44,899 nt of DNA from NCBI RefSeq assembly GCF_000315625.1, contig NW_005434601.1, positions 155,988-200,886 of the forward strand, in the 5' to 3' direction. The DNA comes from Guillardia theta CCMP2712 (Eukaryota > Protista > Cryptophyta). Position 1 is the stretch's first letter. Every line of letters begins with the position of its first letter. The notes under the pieces were generated by a model. It was not told where the DNA came from. It did no database searches and saw only the letters and a program-made list of their open reading frames with translations. Positions 20,093 to 32,592 of the stretch are shown in pieces. Made by a program: the position numbers and the translations under genes.

Positions 20093-20422
20093 TCTTCTTC
20101 ATGACGTCTCTCCCCTTCTCCCTTACCTCCATCCTTGCTTCCCCGCCATCGCCAATGAAAATCCGCCCGACGGTTTTACTGCCCCTGACGCAGTCCTCGA
20201 CAATTCCTAGGAAGAACTTGCTGTCTTCGGCGGCTTCGGGCGCAATGGCCTAGACCCTCCCCCTCCCTCTCTCCTCCCCTTCCTCCTCTCTCCTCCCCCT
20301 CGTCAATCGCATCCTCCACCTTCTCTCCTCTCTCCTCTCTTCCTTTCCGCCCTCTGCCTCTCCCACCTTGCGAGGACAACCTTGGTTCCTTTCATCTTCA
20401 GACCTCGGTCGAGGTCAAGACA

Positions 20423-21328
20423 ATGTTGTCGTCACTTGATGCACAGAGATCTTCCCTCCTCCCCTTTCTCCTCTCCGTCATCCTCCTCTCCTCCCTCCCC
20501 AGCGTGTCCTGCTCAGCAGACCCAGCCGGCGAAGAAGCGCTCGTGCTCGCAGCTCACCACCTCTCGGTCGACGGCTGGTGTTCCCATCAGATTCTCGTGG
20601 GACCTTCCGGCTTCTCCGTGCCATCCAAGTCGTTCTGGTACACGTGAGTTGAACAAGCTCTCTTCCTCCTCCACCGCTCTGGACCATCTGACGTGTCCCC
20701 CTTCTCAGAGGCCTCGCCAACGTCCTGGACGAGCGGGGGAGAAGGGCGAACAACGTGTCGTCGGCGGTAGGAGCTGCGGATCGATTTCTTGCTGCTGACC
20801 GCCTGCTGGTCAAGGTTCTTCCCTTCGCTCGGCCAAAGGAGCTCGCAGAGGTGAGTGCTCGAGAGCCGAGCTGCTCAAGTTGCTGATGCCGTCCAGCTGA
20901 ACGCAGGGACTTGCGTGTTCATCGGGGAAGCCTTCCAAGGGTGAGCTGAACGTCCTGACTGGCTCTGACCAAGTTGACGCGCCATGTAGCGTCAGCTGCA
21001 AAGACTTTGTGTCTGCCATTGTCTCTGCAAAGTCCGGAAGCATCAAACGAGTCATCGTCTCGGGAACTCCCGGTGAGACCCTCCGATTGTTTCCCGTGGA
21101 GAATCTCGTGAGGGAGGGAGTGCAGGAAAATCCAAGAAGGAGAGAATGAAAGCCTCCCGATGTCTGGGGACTTTGATGCACAACAACATGTTCCAGATGA
21201 AATTCAACCTGACGCTCTCAGCTGTGGAGGACCTGGAGGCTGTCAGGATTTTCTCAGTGCTGGCATGTGGATACTGATGATCCCGCCTCTCCTGATGTGT
21301 TGTACAGGACTACAGAGGAGGAGCAGGG

Positions 21329-21365
<37 letters not shown>

Positions 21366-23417
21366 ATGATACATCAAGGCTCCATGTGGACGAGGATGAG
21401 AAAGCTTCTCTCCTCCAAGATCAGTGCGGAAGGGTATGTTTGACGCTCCTGCACAAGAATCACAACAACACTCTCCTCAGCCAGTGCGAGGCCTCTTGCC
21501 GCTTCTCTCCCCTGGACCGTGTGGAGGGTGACAGGGAGCAGCGGGGTGAAGCTCGCCATGCCCGTCGGACACCGAGCGGCAAGGTCGGGTTGACGACTCT
21601 AGGAGGAGGGGGGAGAAAGCTGCTGTCCTGGGTCGAGGTGGAGAGCAAAGCGCTGAAGTCAAGTGCGGCTGCCATGAAGAATGCGCTACAACCTGGGGTT
21701 CTGCTCTGTGCTGTGATCAAGGGGAACGCATATGGACATGACCTGGTGGGAGCAGCACTGGAGCTGGAGGAGGCAGGAGTGGACTACCTTGCTGTGGACT
21801 CGCTGGAAGAAGCACTCCTCCTCAGGAGCTCCAACGTCTCTGTTCCCATCATGCTCCTGTACTGGTCCAGCCCCTGGCTCGCTCCTCTCATGGCGAGCAA
21901 GGCGATCGAGCCGAGCTTCTGGGACCTCGGATGGCTCGCAGCCGCTGCCATCGCGCTGGATGCTCGCAAGCAAGAGGAGGGGCAGCAGCGAGCAGGAGAC
22001 CTCTCGTTGCATCTCAGCGTGGACAGCGGGCTAGGAAGGGAAGGCTGCCTGATGGAGGAGGCGATGGAGCTGGTGAATGGCATACACAGCCTCGTCCTAG
22101 CAGGAGTGAACATGAGGCTCAAGGGCATCTCGACGCACTTCTGCTGTCCCAAGGACGGCAAACTGACTCGAAATCAGTTCAGCACCATGGCGGCGCTGCA
22201 CCGGGAGGTCAGTCGCCGCTATGGCAAGCAGGGCATTCGTCCTCTCCTCCACACCTCTAGCGGCGGGCCTGCGATCATGCTACCCGAGACCCAGGTGACG
22301 AGCGAGCGAGGAAGAGAGGCGGAGGAGGAAGGAACCAGGAGGAGGAGGAGGAGGAGGAGGAGGCTGTGGTGTGGAGCTACCTGACTCGTCCTGTTGGCAG
22401 GCGGACATGGTGAGGATAGGAGGGCTCTTGTTCGGCATCCTTCCCAACATTCCTGATATCACCAGAGCGCTCATGCAGGTGCAAGGGCCCCTCCTCTCCT
22501 GGACCTCTGCTACTCTCCTTCCCCTTCCCCTCCTGGACGTCTACTAATCCCCTTCCTGCAGGCTCGCGCGGTGCCAACCCGGTCGCTGCGCTGGGTGACA
22601 ACCGTCGTGCAGGTACGAGGATGAGGAGGAGGAGGACTGGAGGAGTAAGACATAGGAGATGTCGTGATGCTGGAGGGGCAGGTCAAGTCTCTTCCTCCCG
22701 GCTGGTGCTTGGGGTATGGGTGCAAGAAGCGGAGCGACCGTGAAGGCTTCAGAGTGAGTCTCCACCACCACCACCACCACCACCACCACCACCACCTCCT
22801 CCTCCTCCTCCTCCTCCTCCTCCTCCTCCTCCTCCTCCTCCTCCTCCCCTCCTCCCCCCCACCCCCCCCCGGCATTCTGAGAATCACATCAGGTCGCGCT
22901 CCTGCCGCTGGGGTCCCATGACGGTTTTTTGGAGCGAGAGCATGGATTCGACGCCGTTGTACGTCCCTCCCCTCTCCTACCGCTGCTCCGTTTGCTATCC
23001 GCTGCACCACTTCCTACTGTTCTTCTTGCTGCTGATACGCTAAAGAGCTGATACTGCTCTCTCCTTGTTCCCCATCACCTTCATCAACCTGCTCTCGATT
23101 CCCACACTGCTCAGATTGTCCTTGCCGTCTATTTCTCATTGCAATTCGTCTTGTTGCTGAAGACACTCTCAGATCATCCTTGGAGAGAAATGCCCGGTGA
23201 TTGCTGTGGATGCTAATCTTGTCACAGTCGACATCTCGCATATCAGTGCGGTAAAACAGTGATCTTGTACTTGTAGCAAGGAACTCAAAGTGGTTTGCAG
23301 ATATCGCCGGGAGAAGAAGCAATCATACTTGGATGTGATGAGGCAAACAGAAGCGTTTGTGTCCTCCCTACCCTCTCCACTAGAATTCCAACCCACCTTC
23401 CAAGGTTTTATGTATGA
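20423..23417 (+). CDS. Alanine racemase-family (fold-type III PLP) protein with N-terminal extension; multi-exon
   Basis: SWVEVESKAL...CAVIKGNAYGH (PLP Lys), YLAVDSLEEALLLR, HLSVDSGLGREG, LKGISTHF, HTSSGG, DMVRIGGLLFG, VKSLPPGWCLGYG (catalytic Tyr position), VALLPLGSHDG, IILGEKCPVIAVDANLVTVDIS, ISPGEEAIILG, RIPTHLPRFYV* (stop 23415-23417). The racemase domain spans ~21620-23417; attachment of exons from 20423 is inferred. Confidence 0.85.
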
Positions 23418-23509
23418 TGTTGATACTGTAAATGCAAACTGGAACATGCTGATAGCAAAGCAAGACTTCTCTGTGGATATGTTTGATGCAATACACAAGC
23501 AAGGAGACC

Positions 23510-26046
23510 GTGCTTGATTCGACAGAGAACTGATTGTTCCAGCTTGCGAGCGTTGAGTTATGTTGCACATACAACACAGCAAAATGAGAAAGACCAAGTC
23601 AACAAAGGCTGTTATGATCGGAATCAAGATATGTACCAAGTTGACGTGATGGGGGGGAAACGTACAATTGAGCAATAACATTTATGAGTGTATACAACAA
23701 GAATAATCATGAATATAACAACTTGATCGCATCGTCCCTTGAAAGAACGTCCTCCAAGATTCGTTGACGATCCTGTCAGCAGAGTTACATGATGCATCGT
23801 TTTTGACGACATGCTCACTTCCTGACTGATCGGCTCTTTGTCGTGTCGGCTGGTAGTGTTGGAAATCTTCAAACAGAGGATCAGACGAACTTCAAAAAAG
23901 CGAAGTTTGAAATAACAAGGTGACAAAAGGATGCAGGAAGATATGAGTAAAAACATTCTAGGAGGAATACAAAGAAGAAGAAGAAGATGATGATGATGAT
24001 GAAGAAGAAGAAGAAGAAGAAGATGTTGACGATGACGACGACAACAACAACGACGACGACGACGACGATGACGATAATGAGTCCTTGAGTAACATGGTGG
24101 CGGTATTTAACCTCAAGGGAGGGAAGGGGGAACGAGGAAGACTTGAACGAGGAAACATAAAAGAGCGGGAAGGGCGGAGGAGGGACGAATCGGTTGACCA
24201 ACCCTCCGGAAGTTTTCACCTTGTCATAACTTTCTCGGAGAATTTTCTCCAACTCAGTCTTGCACTCCATCATAGACAAGTGCATTTCCCTCACCTGCAA
24301 GAAAACCTTCTTCAGCTCTTTTCAAAGAGTTTGCATCAAGTCACATGATTCAGCTGTCTCCTATCGTTGTCCAGGACATGTCTCAGTCTCTTCGACACCT
24401 CGTAGTACCTGCGCAGGATGCGATCATCATCGTAAGGGCAGCAACGCAGGAAGAAGCTCTGAGACCTCTGCAGCTCTCTGCTCAACTCCTTGGACTTGCT
24501 CGCAGGAGGTTCGAGGGTTTCAAGATCTGACGCCTTGATCCCCTCACTGTGAGCAAGTGAGAGGAGGAGGAGAAGGGAAGACAGGAGCTGACGTGGACGA
24601 GGATCTCAAACTCTTGACCTGCAACTTGTGCGATCAAGACGAGACAACGGAGAAGAGCGCAGGATACCATCTCCATCTTTGAGCTCGGCAGTGAAGGAGA
24701 CACGAACTTCTCGAGGTGTTGGAGGGAGGCTGGCGATGAGATGTAAAGAAGAAGGAGCTAAGGGAGGTTACCTGGCATTTTCTCAATCTCTTCCTTCAGC
24801 CTTGCGTTCTCTTTCTTGATGGCGACCTGCTTGTTCGATCAAGGTTTGTCTCATTTCATCTCTTCTCCTATCACCGCCTTTCTGATCGCCACCTCCCTCT
24901 CTTGCTTTAAAACGCCCTGATGCGCCTCCTGCACGCTACGATCAACAAACTCCGCTTCTCGAAGCATCAACGGCTCACGAATTTCTTGATATTCGCTGCA
25001 AGAGTCATGTTGGCCTGACCACAAACACGGTTAGACAGTCAAGTCTGCACAAGAAGCAAGAAAACCTTCGTGAGTCTCTCCGCTTGCTCTTTGAATCTGT
25101 CTAGCTCCTGCGAGGAAACAAGTCAACGGCTGCATCAGGGACTCGAAGTTTTCACCTTGGCGAGGTTGGTAGTCTTCTCTAGCCATGCTCTAGCAATCCA
25201 ACGGTCAAATTTCAATTCACCGAGACTGACACTTCATCACTGAGGGACGCCAGAGGTGCTTTCTTGGTTATCCTCCTGCATGTTTACCATCACAAAAGAA
25301 GGCAGACTTCATGAATCATCTCACAGTCTTCATCTTTGACGCAGCATCGTACAACTTGGCCCTTGTGGCTTCAGTCATGCTCCCTCTCCCTCACTCGAAG
25401 TTTCACCTGAAATGTCGGAGCAAGTCTTGTTCGTGCTCGTTCTTTACTTGCTGTCATTCGGGTAAGAGCAGCTTCGGCGTGATCGTTTGAGAGACCAGGT
25501 GGGTGAGGTTGAGATCTTCAATCCTCTCTTGAATTCTGTTGTACAGGTTGTCGACACGGTGCTACATACTGGGTTAATCACTGCAGATGTCAACGACAAG
25601 AACACAAAGGTGTACAATGCTGTCTCCTCCCGTCTGATCTTCTAGAACCTGAATCAGGAAAATCACCTCAACAATGGTCACTGTCTGCCTTACTCTGTTC
25701 TCCAACTCTCGTTTCAGGTTTTCGATCTCCTCTCGATATCTTGAGGCAATGGCTTAGCAACATATCAGCGATATCGAGATGGCCGCACTTGTTCTCTCGA
25801 CGAGCATAGCTGTCACTCTTCCTGTTCAGGTCCTTCAGAAGGTCCTGCCAGGACGTTGAGGACCGACGTGGGGAGCAAGCGAGTCAAACCTCGTGGTTCT
25901 CTGACAGCTCCTTGTACTCCATGTACAGATTCTGCTTCTCATGTCAGCCCAGCATGCGGCATGCTCTGGTGACGTCGTTGGTCTCGGTTCACCGTGTACT
26001 GATCTTGCAGCGATCGCCGCAATCTGAAGGTTGCGTCGTCTCCCAT
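23510..26046 (-). CDS. Hypothetical long coiled-coil protein, many small exons, possible C-terminal TM helix
   Basis: E/K/R/Q-rich exon fragments (MQVREMHLSMMECKTELEKILRESYDK; ...EQAGRHQERERKAEGRD) alternate with ~50-nt introns. Hydrophobic LVHILIPIITAFVDLVFLILLCC lies near the 3' end. Boundaries approximate. Confidence 0.45.
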
Positions 26047-26295
26047 GATGGACTCAGAGCTCTGAGTTCGTCGACTGGTCGGAAGAAGTCAGTCAGGAGG
26101 GGAGGCAGCAAAGTGACAACATGGTTGATCTTCGGTGTGGAGAGGAAGACCGCGTCCTTTCAGTCCTGAACTTCGATGATCAGTTGTAGATGAAGGAAAA
26201 CGATTCAGTGACCCCGGAGAGAGCATGATCTGTAGATCTTCGAGAGGCCTATAGCGACAAGAGATGTCAGTTGAAATCATCATCTTCAGCTGCAT

Positions 26296-26505
<210 letters not shown>

Positions 26506-26728
26506 ACATACCGCGGACTTCCTGTTCGCTCCATCACGGCGGCAGTTGACAAGTTTAGACCTCATCCCCGCGCAGATACAGGACGGGCCCTGATGCAGTT
26601 AAGTGAAGTTATCAGCTAATTTTGGGGCCAGTCAGAGTACGGATTTTTACTTATTTAGAAAGACTAATTCTCAGAGCGAGAAGTCGACGTGACGTACTGG
26701 AAGTGATGAGATCATCGAGACTCTTCGC

Positions 26729-29700
26729 TCAGATCAGCTTGAGATTGCCTCCCATGTCCCTGCATCGAATCTCATCAGTGCATTGCCGTTGAACTCCATG
26801 ACAAGTGACTCACCATGGAACAAACAGCTTCCTCTGCTCGTCATAGATGTAGCAGAAAGCGTCTCCGGGCGTCGCGCAAGCGTCAGCGTAGCTGCACACC
26901 CAGACCTCCATGACGCGTCGGATCATGAGCTGACCAAGTCCTCCCATCTTGTACGTCTCGTTGCCAGTGCTGAGGCCTTGGATGATTTCCTTCCAGCTGT
27001 GCTGGATCTGACAGTGAAGGAACTGCTGCTTCGCGAACCAGTACCGCGAGAGCGTGCTGTTAGACACGTTTGCGGTCCACATCATCGTGAACCCTTGGTA
27101 AGCCACGCTATCATCGGTCTGAAACAGAACTTCAACGATCCCGTAAGAGGAGGCGTAGGACAGACTGCCGGGCATGTGCGACCCGGTCAGCTTCGCAACT
27201 TCCGTCCTCCCAATGCACTCAAGCGTCGTTCCAGCAAGGCCGATACACTGGTTGATCGTGAGAAAGTCGTATCCAGCTTCGAGCGCGAAGGAGGTGAAGT
27301 TGATGCTGATCGAGGAGGCGCCAGGCGGCTGGATGATCCACCGGCAGTTGCTCCTGTCCTCGTAGAGGCTTGACAGCGACGATCCGTCCGTCAGAAACCC
27401 ATTCGTCTCCTCATACAGCTTACATCGGCACTTGCCCGTGCAGGGCTTAATGGCGGAGCTGCAGATGCTATCCTGCAGCTCCGAGCAGGGAAGGGCATGC
27501 TGTCCGCTGCCACAGACGGGGCTCGAGCAGGGGCGGCATGATGAAGCAGAGACGAACTGTCCAGGAGCGCAGCGAATCTTCTTGATCAAGATGCGCGTGT
27601 TCTGACAGTACTGACCTGGTGCAAGAGCGTACAGCTCGGCATCTGTCCGGATTGACTTGGTCAAGCCGTCGAGCTGCACGACCGTCCCAGCAGGCGTGTA
27701 GTCTTGGTTGGAAGTTGAGTACACGGTGCCGTCCGCCACCACCAGCCGGTCGAGGCCCCAGGGGTAGCGAGCGATCACTCCAACTGCGTCCTTGTCATTG
27801 GGCGCTACTTGCCAGCCCGCCGGCAGCTGGACCATGCCGCACTGAAGCCTCTGATTGGAGGATGTGACGGGCCCTTGCAGGGGGTCCCATGGATCTGTCA
27901 TGTTGTCCATCAGCACCGCATATTCGTCGCCGCTGCTGGAGGAGACGGCAGGGATCCAACTGCACTGATACCGCATGCTCTCAACGGAATCGCCGCTGCA
28001 GCTCGCAGTCACGTCGCACAGCACCGCAGCTGGCCTCACAAGCACACCGCTGTCGGTCAGAGGCGGGCTCGTGCAGGGAAGGCACAGCAAGCCCATCTTG
28101 AAGTATCCCGGCAGGCAGCGCCAGGAACACTCGCTGCTGGGGCTGTCGATGTACGTGGCGAAGTTGGGGGTGCTGGAGCATGGCAGACAAGCCCCTTGGC
28201 TCCGGTAGTGGCCTGTGCTGCATCGCCATGGACAGATGGAGCGACTGGATCCGTCATCTGCCACGTAGACAGCGTTGTTGGGCTTCGGGTATCTCGAGTC
28301 GCATAACGAGCATCCCTCATGCAACTTGTAGTAGCCCTCTCGACAGGCCCAGGCGCATCCGCTGGGCCCGGAGGAGGCGACGGCGTTTGCTGGCAGGCTA
28401 AGCGAGCATGGCTGGCACTCCTGGTCGCCCCGGCCCTGGTAGCCGTCATCGCATTCGAGGCGCACTAGTAGCATGCGGAACGCATTGTAGCCATCGTCGC
28501 AATACTGCAGAGCGTAGGAGTCGCCGCTGCGGTACAGGTTGCTCATGATGATCATGGTGCCGGGAGTTTCGAAGCCCTTGTAGTCCTGGTAAGGCTTTGC
28601 GGTCTGATAACCATAACCGTCTGCCAGCACCATCCCACGAGCCCCCCACGGGTACGAGGCGATGACCTTGACTGCCTCCTGGCTCCAAGACGCCAACGTC
28701 CAACCAACCGGAGGCTGCTGGTACAGGGAGCCGTCCCGCTGACACGTTCGGTCCAACGACGTCGGAGAAACATCATCGAAGGCTGCATAGACTTTGCCGC
28801 TATACCTGACCACGTGCTGTAAGTCAACGCTGACGTTGCAAGCTTGACCGTCACGGCCGTCGATAGCGCATGACCACTGGCACGAGTCAGGCTGATCTAG
28901 CAGACCAGCAGAGGAGTAGTAGGCGAACTTGGGAATGGGGTTGGTACAGGGGAAGCACACCATCCATTCGGAGCTCCGGTAAAAGCCGGCGTTGCACTCC
29001 CAGGGACACTTGCTGTCTGCATACTGGCTGGGACTTGTCGCTAAGGCGTAGCTGGCGTTGGCGGGGATGGGGTTGGAGCAGGCGTAGCAGTAAGAGCCGG
29101 AGAGGTAGAACCCGGGAGCACAGTAGAGCGAAGCAAGGAGAATGTCTGAGCAGGAATCATACGCCCGATACTGCCCGTTGAAGGACGACACTTGCGACCA
29201 AGTCCATGCCCAAGGCCAGTTACAGCAGTAACAGTTGGAGGTGTAGTAGAGGTTGCCGTCTGAGAGCTGCATGTAACAGACCCCCCAACGCTGACTAGCG
29301 ATGGCCATCTGACTTTCCCAAGTGTTGGACGCGACCGCCCAGCCTGCCGGGATGCTGTGAAAGCTCATCGGTGTGTTACAGCTGTAGTAATCTTGAGCGC
29401 GATGACCGTTGAGAGAAGCGTAGTAGCGATTCCCGTACTCGAACAGCTCACAGCTGCTGCTGTTGCCCCTCACGTGACTCGAGGTGAGAAAACGACCAAA
29501 GTCGCAAGCCCAGCCGCATGTCGTGCCGTTGTCTCCCTCCGGCAGCCACCGAGCCCATCGCGGCTTCTTGTCCTCGCATGCGACGCACTGGCCGTCCTTG
29601 AGGAAGTAGCCGCCTTCGCACCTCCACCCGCACACCGTCCATGACCCGTTGACTCCTCCCGGCCCGTACGCTACGTACTCCGCGTGCTCCGGCGCCGTCT

Positions 29701-32592
29701 TGCAAGGCTCGCAAGCCTCGCCTTGCCGCACGTACCCGGGCTCGCACTCCCAAGCGCAGACGCTGTCGTCGTAGCGGCGGGGGTCAGGCTGCCGGGCGTA
29801 GAGGGCGTGAGGGGGTATGGGGTTGGAGCAGTTGCCGCAGCTCGAGTCGTTACGGAGGTAGTAGCCCGCCGCGCAGTAGTGCGACACGAGCAGGACGGAC
29901 GTGCAAGAGTCTGTCGACCTGTACATGCCGTCGTAGGATACGAGCGACGAGCAGCAGTCCTGCGGAGTCCACGACGAGCAGCACCCTGCTGTGCACCATG
30001 TTTGACCGTTTGCCACCATAAGCCCACACCTCCCCCAGCTGTACCTCCATGCCGTCAGCTGGCTGTCTCTAGAGTCCGGGGCTATCTCCCAGCCAGCCGG
30101 CATCGGGTAGAGCTCATGGTTGTAGTTGCATCCGTAGTACGGCTTGTACGGCGACGAGCCGTCGAGGGCCGCGTAGTACCTGCCCTGGACCTCCAGCGGG
30201 AGGCAGTCTCCCTCCGCCGACACGAAGTAGCCGAAGTCGCAAGCCCAGCCGCATGTCATGCCGTTGTCTCCCTCCGGCAGCCACCGAGCCCATCGCGGCT
30301 TCTTGTCCTCGCATGCGACGCACTGGCCGTCCTTGAGGAAGTAGCCGTTAAGGCATCGCCATTGACATTCATACATGGGGTCATTGCGCTGGTTTACTTG
30401 TATGTACTCGCTGTTCAGAGGCTTCATTGCGTTGTCGCAAGGCTGGCAAATTCCGTCTCGCTGTTTGTAGCCAGCGTTGCACACAAACGCGCATGACGCA
30501 TCAAGGAGTTGGTTGTTGTTTGCTACTACAAGGCCGTATGAAGACTCAGCTGGAATCTTGTTGCTGCATGGCTCGCAGTTTGAACCACTTTTCGTGTATC
30601 CAGGAGCGCAATCTATAGACCTGAGGAGTACAGAGTCCCAACAACTATCAGGCTGGTACAATCCGTTGTAGGAGTACAAGGCGTGCCAGCAACAAAACTC
30701 GAAGGTGTTTGAGCTTGTACACCAAGCCGTGTGCCACTCAGATCCGTCTGACAACACCATGCCGCAAGAGCCCCAAGGATACATCCAGGTCACTCTCTTG
30801 CTGTTGTCATCGTTTGGAGCGAGCTCCCAACCTGACGGTACCGGCAGATACTCTTGACTGGTGCATATCTGTGAGTCGTGAGGGCCTCGCCCTGCAAGAG
30901 TTGTGTAGAACCTTCCCGCAAACTCCACTCCGATGCATCTTTGACCTCGCCTGATGTACCCGAAACGACATGCCCACTCGCAATTCTTCGAACCGTCTGG
31001 ACTCCCCAGGAAGTAGGCAAAGTCAGGAAGGTTGACCTGGCAAGTCACACAGCTAGCGCCTTGGCGATAGTAGCCAACTAGGCATGTCCAGCTGCAGCTG
31101 TCTCCTGGGCTGCTGGAGTAGACTGCATGTGGAGGGGCGAGAGAGCAGGAGACACACGAGGTGGCAGAGGCTGACGGGTAGAAGCCGTCGTCACACTCCC
31201 AGTCGCAGTTGTTCTTGTACACGGGAGACCCGCTGCTGTTGTATGTCGTATGCTCAGGTTTCCAGTTGGTGCATGGGACGCACAGCGTCATGTTGTTCGC
31301 GTCTCTGTGATGTCCGGGCAGACATTCTTGAGCCACCACAAGAACTGTCCCACAGAAGTCTCGTGTCCTATAGAAGCCATCGTAGCTGTACAGTTGCGAT
31401 CCACAGCACATGCTTCCGTACCCTGCGTTCCATGCCGTTCCATCTTCAAGCACGACGATGTTCGACCCCCACGGGAATTCGGCAGCTACAGCGATGCTAT
31501 CGAGTGTGTTAGGGGCCAACATCCAGCCCTCAGGCAGCCTCCTCGCTCCCTCCCAGATGCACATCGACGAGTCGTACGGGCCTCTCCCTTCCAAGCTCGC
31601 ATAGCGCTGACCCATGTACTTGATCGAGATGTCCTCGCACGTGCCGCCCTGGCTGAGGCGGAACCCGAAGTCACAAGCCCACGAGCACCCAGAGCCCTCC
31701 CAGTGAGCGTTGAGAGGAGCAGGAGAGGAACAAGCCTCACACTTCCACCCCTCTACCTCGTGATAGCCCGGCAGGCAGCTCCAGTCACAGCTGTCCGGCT
31801 TGCCCATCAGTCCGGTTGCAACATAGACGGCAGCCGAGGGCTTGCCCACACACTTGGAGCATGAAGATCCTGTCGGGTAGAAGCCAACCTGACAGCTCCA
31901 CCCGCAGCTAGTCGCCTCCTGCGGGTAGGGCGAGATCACGTAGTGGGCGTCTGTGGGGATGGTGTTGGTACAGGGAATGCAGCGGGAGGAGTTGGAGGGG
32001 CCTGACCCGGAGACTGCAGGAGGACTGAGCATGTAGCCAGCTGCGCACATGGGCGCCATGAGCAGAACTCGAGACTCGCAGTCTGTCGAACGATAGTAGA
32101 CGTTGTCATACGAGGACAGATAGCCGTTGCTGTAGTAGGAGCCCGGAAAGTAATTCCAGTAATACCAGTAATACCAGTAATAATACCATTCATACCTGTG
32201 GTCTGCCGAAATGAGGCTGTTTGTAAAGTAGCTCGAGCCAGTGTCGAGCACGAGTCGAAGGGCTCCCCAGTCGTACTTGGCGGTGACGTTGACGCTGATC
32301 TCGTTCTGAGGTGCCACCGCCCAGCCTGCTGGAAGCGGCAGGTACTCCTCCCACTCAGATACGCAGGTCGATATCGAGTACTGCGAGTGAGGTCCGTATC
32401 CCCCGAGCGTCGAGAACACGTATCCTTCCTCCTCCACAACTTCCTGCCAGGCACAAGAATCAGACCCATCCTGTCGTCCTGCCGATACAAACACAGCGTT
32501 GCTCGGCCTCTTAGTGCATCGCTCAGAGCTGCCGATAAGCAGAGGGTACTAGACAAGGTGAGGATGACCAAGAGTGCAGATCGCAAAGGCAT
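26729..32592 (-). CDS. Large secreted/surface protein: signal peptide, 7 copies of a ~100-aa module alternating with Cys-rich CxWxCxxG(Y/F) repeats, C-terminal CUB domain
   Basis: 1894-aa uninterrupted ORF 26810-32494. The signal peptide MPLRSALLVILTLS at 32592 is in another frame, implying a short intron. CUB motifs YEDRSNCRWII, ISINFTSFALEAGYDFLTI, VEVLFQTDDSVAYQGFTMMW (~27075-27445). A short terminal exon WDMGGNLKLI* ending at 26729 is inferred. Confidence 0.85.

Noticed and set aside
19732-20253. ORFs with (SPPLVL)n or (GGERTR)n repeats, extensin-like
   Set aside because: Product of an 18-bp minisatellite with almost no synonymous variation, between divergent genes.
22510-23010. Poly-Arg/Trp and poly-His/Leu ORFs
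   Set aside because: (CAC)n(CTC)n microsatellite within a racemase intron.
5489-23417. GDPD, GT10, RibD_C and racemase as a bacterial operon, HGT island or contamination
   Set aside because: Mixed orientations, spliceosomal introns and interleaved eukaryotic genes; no shared pathway evident.
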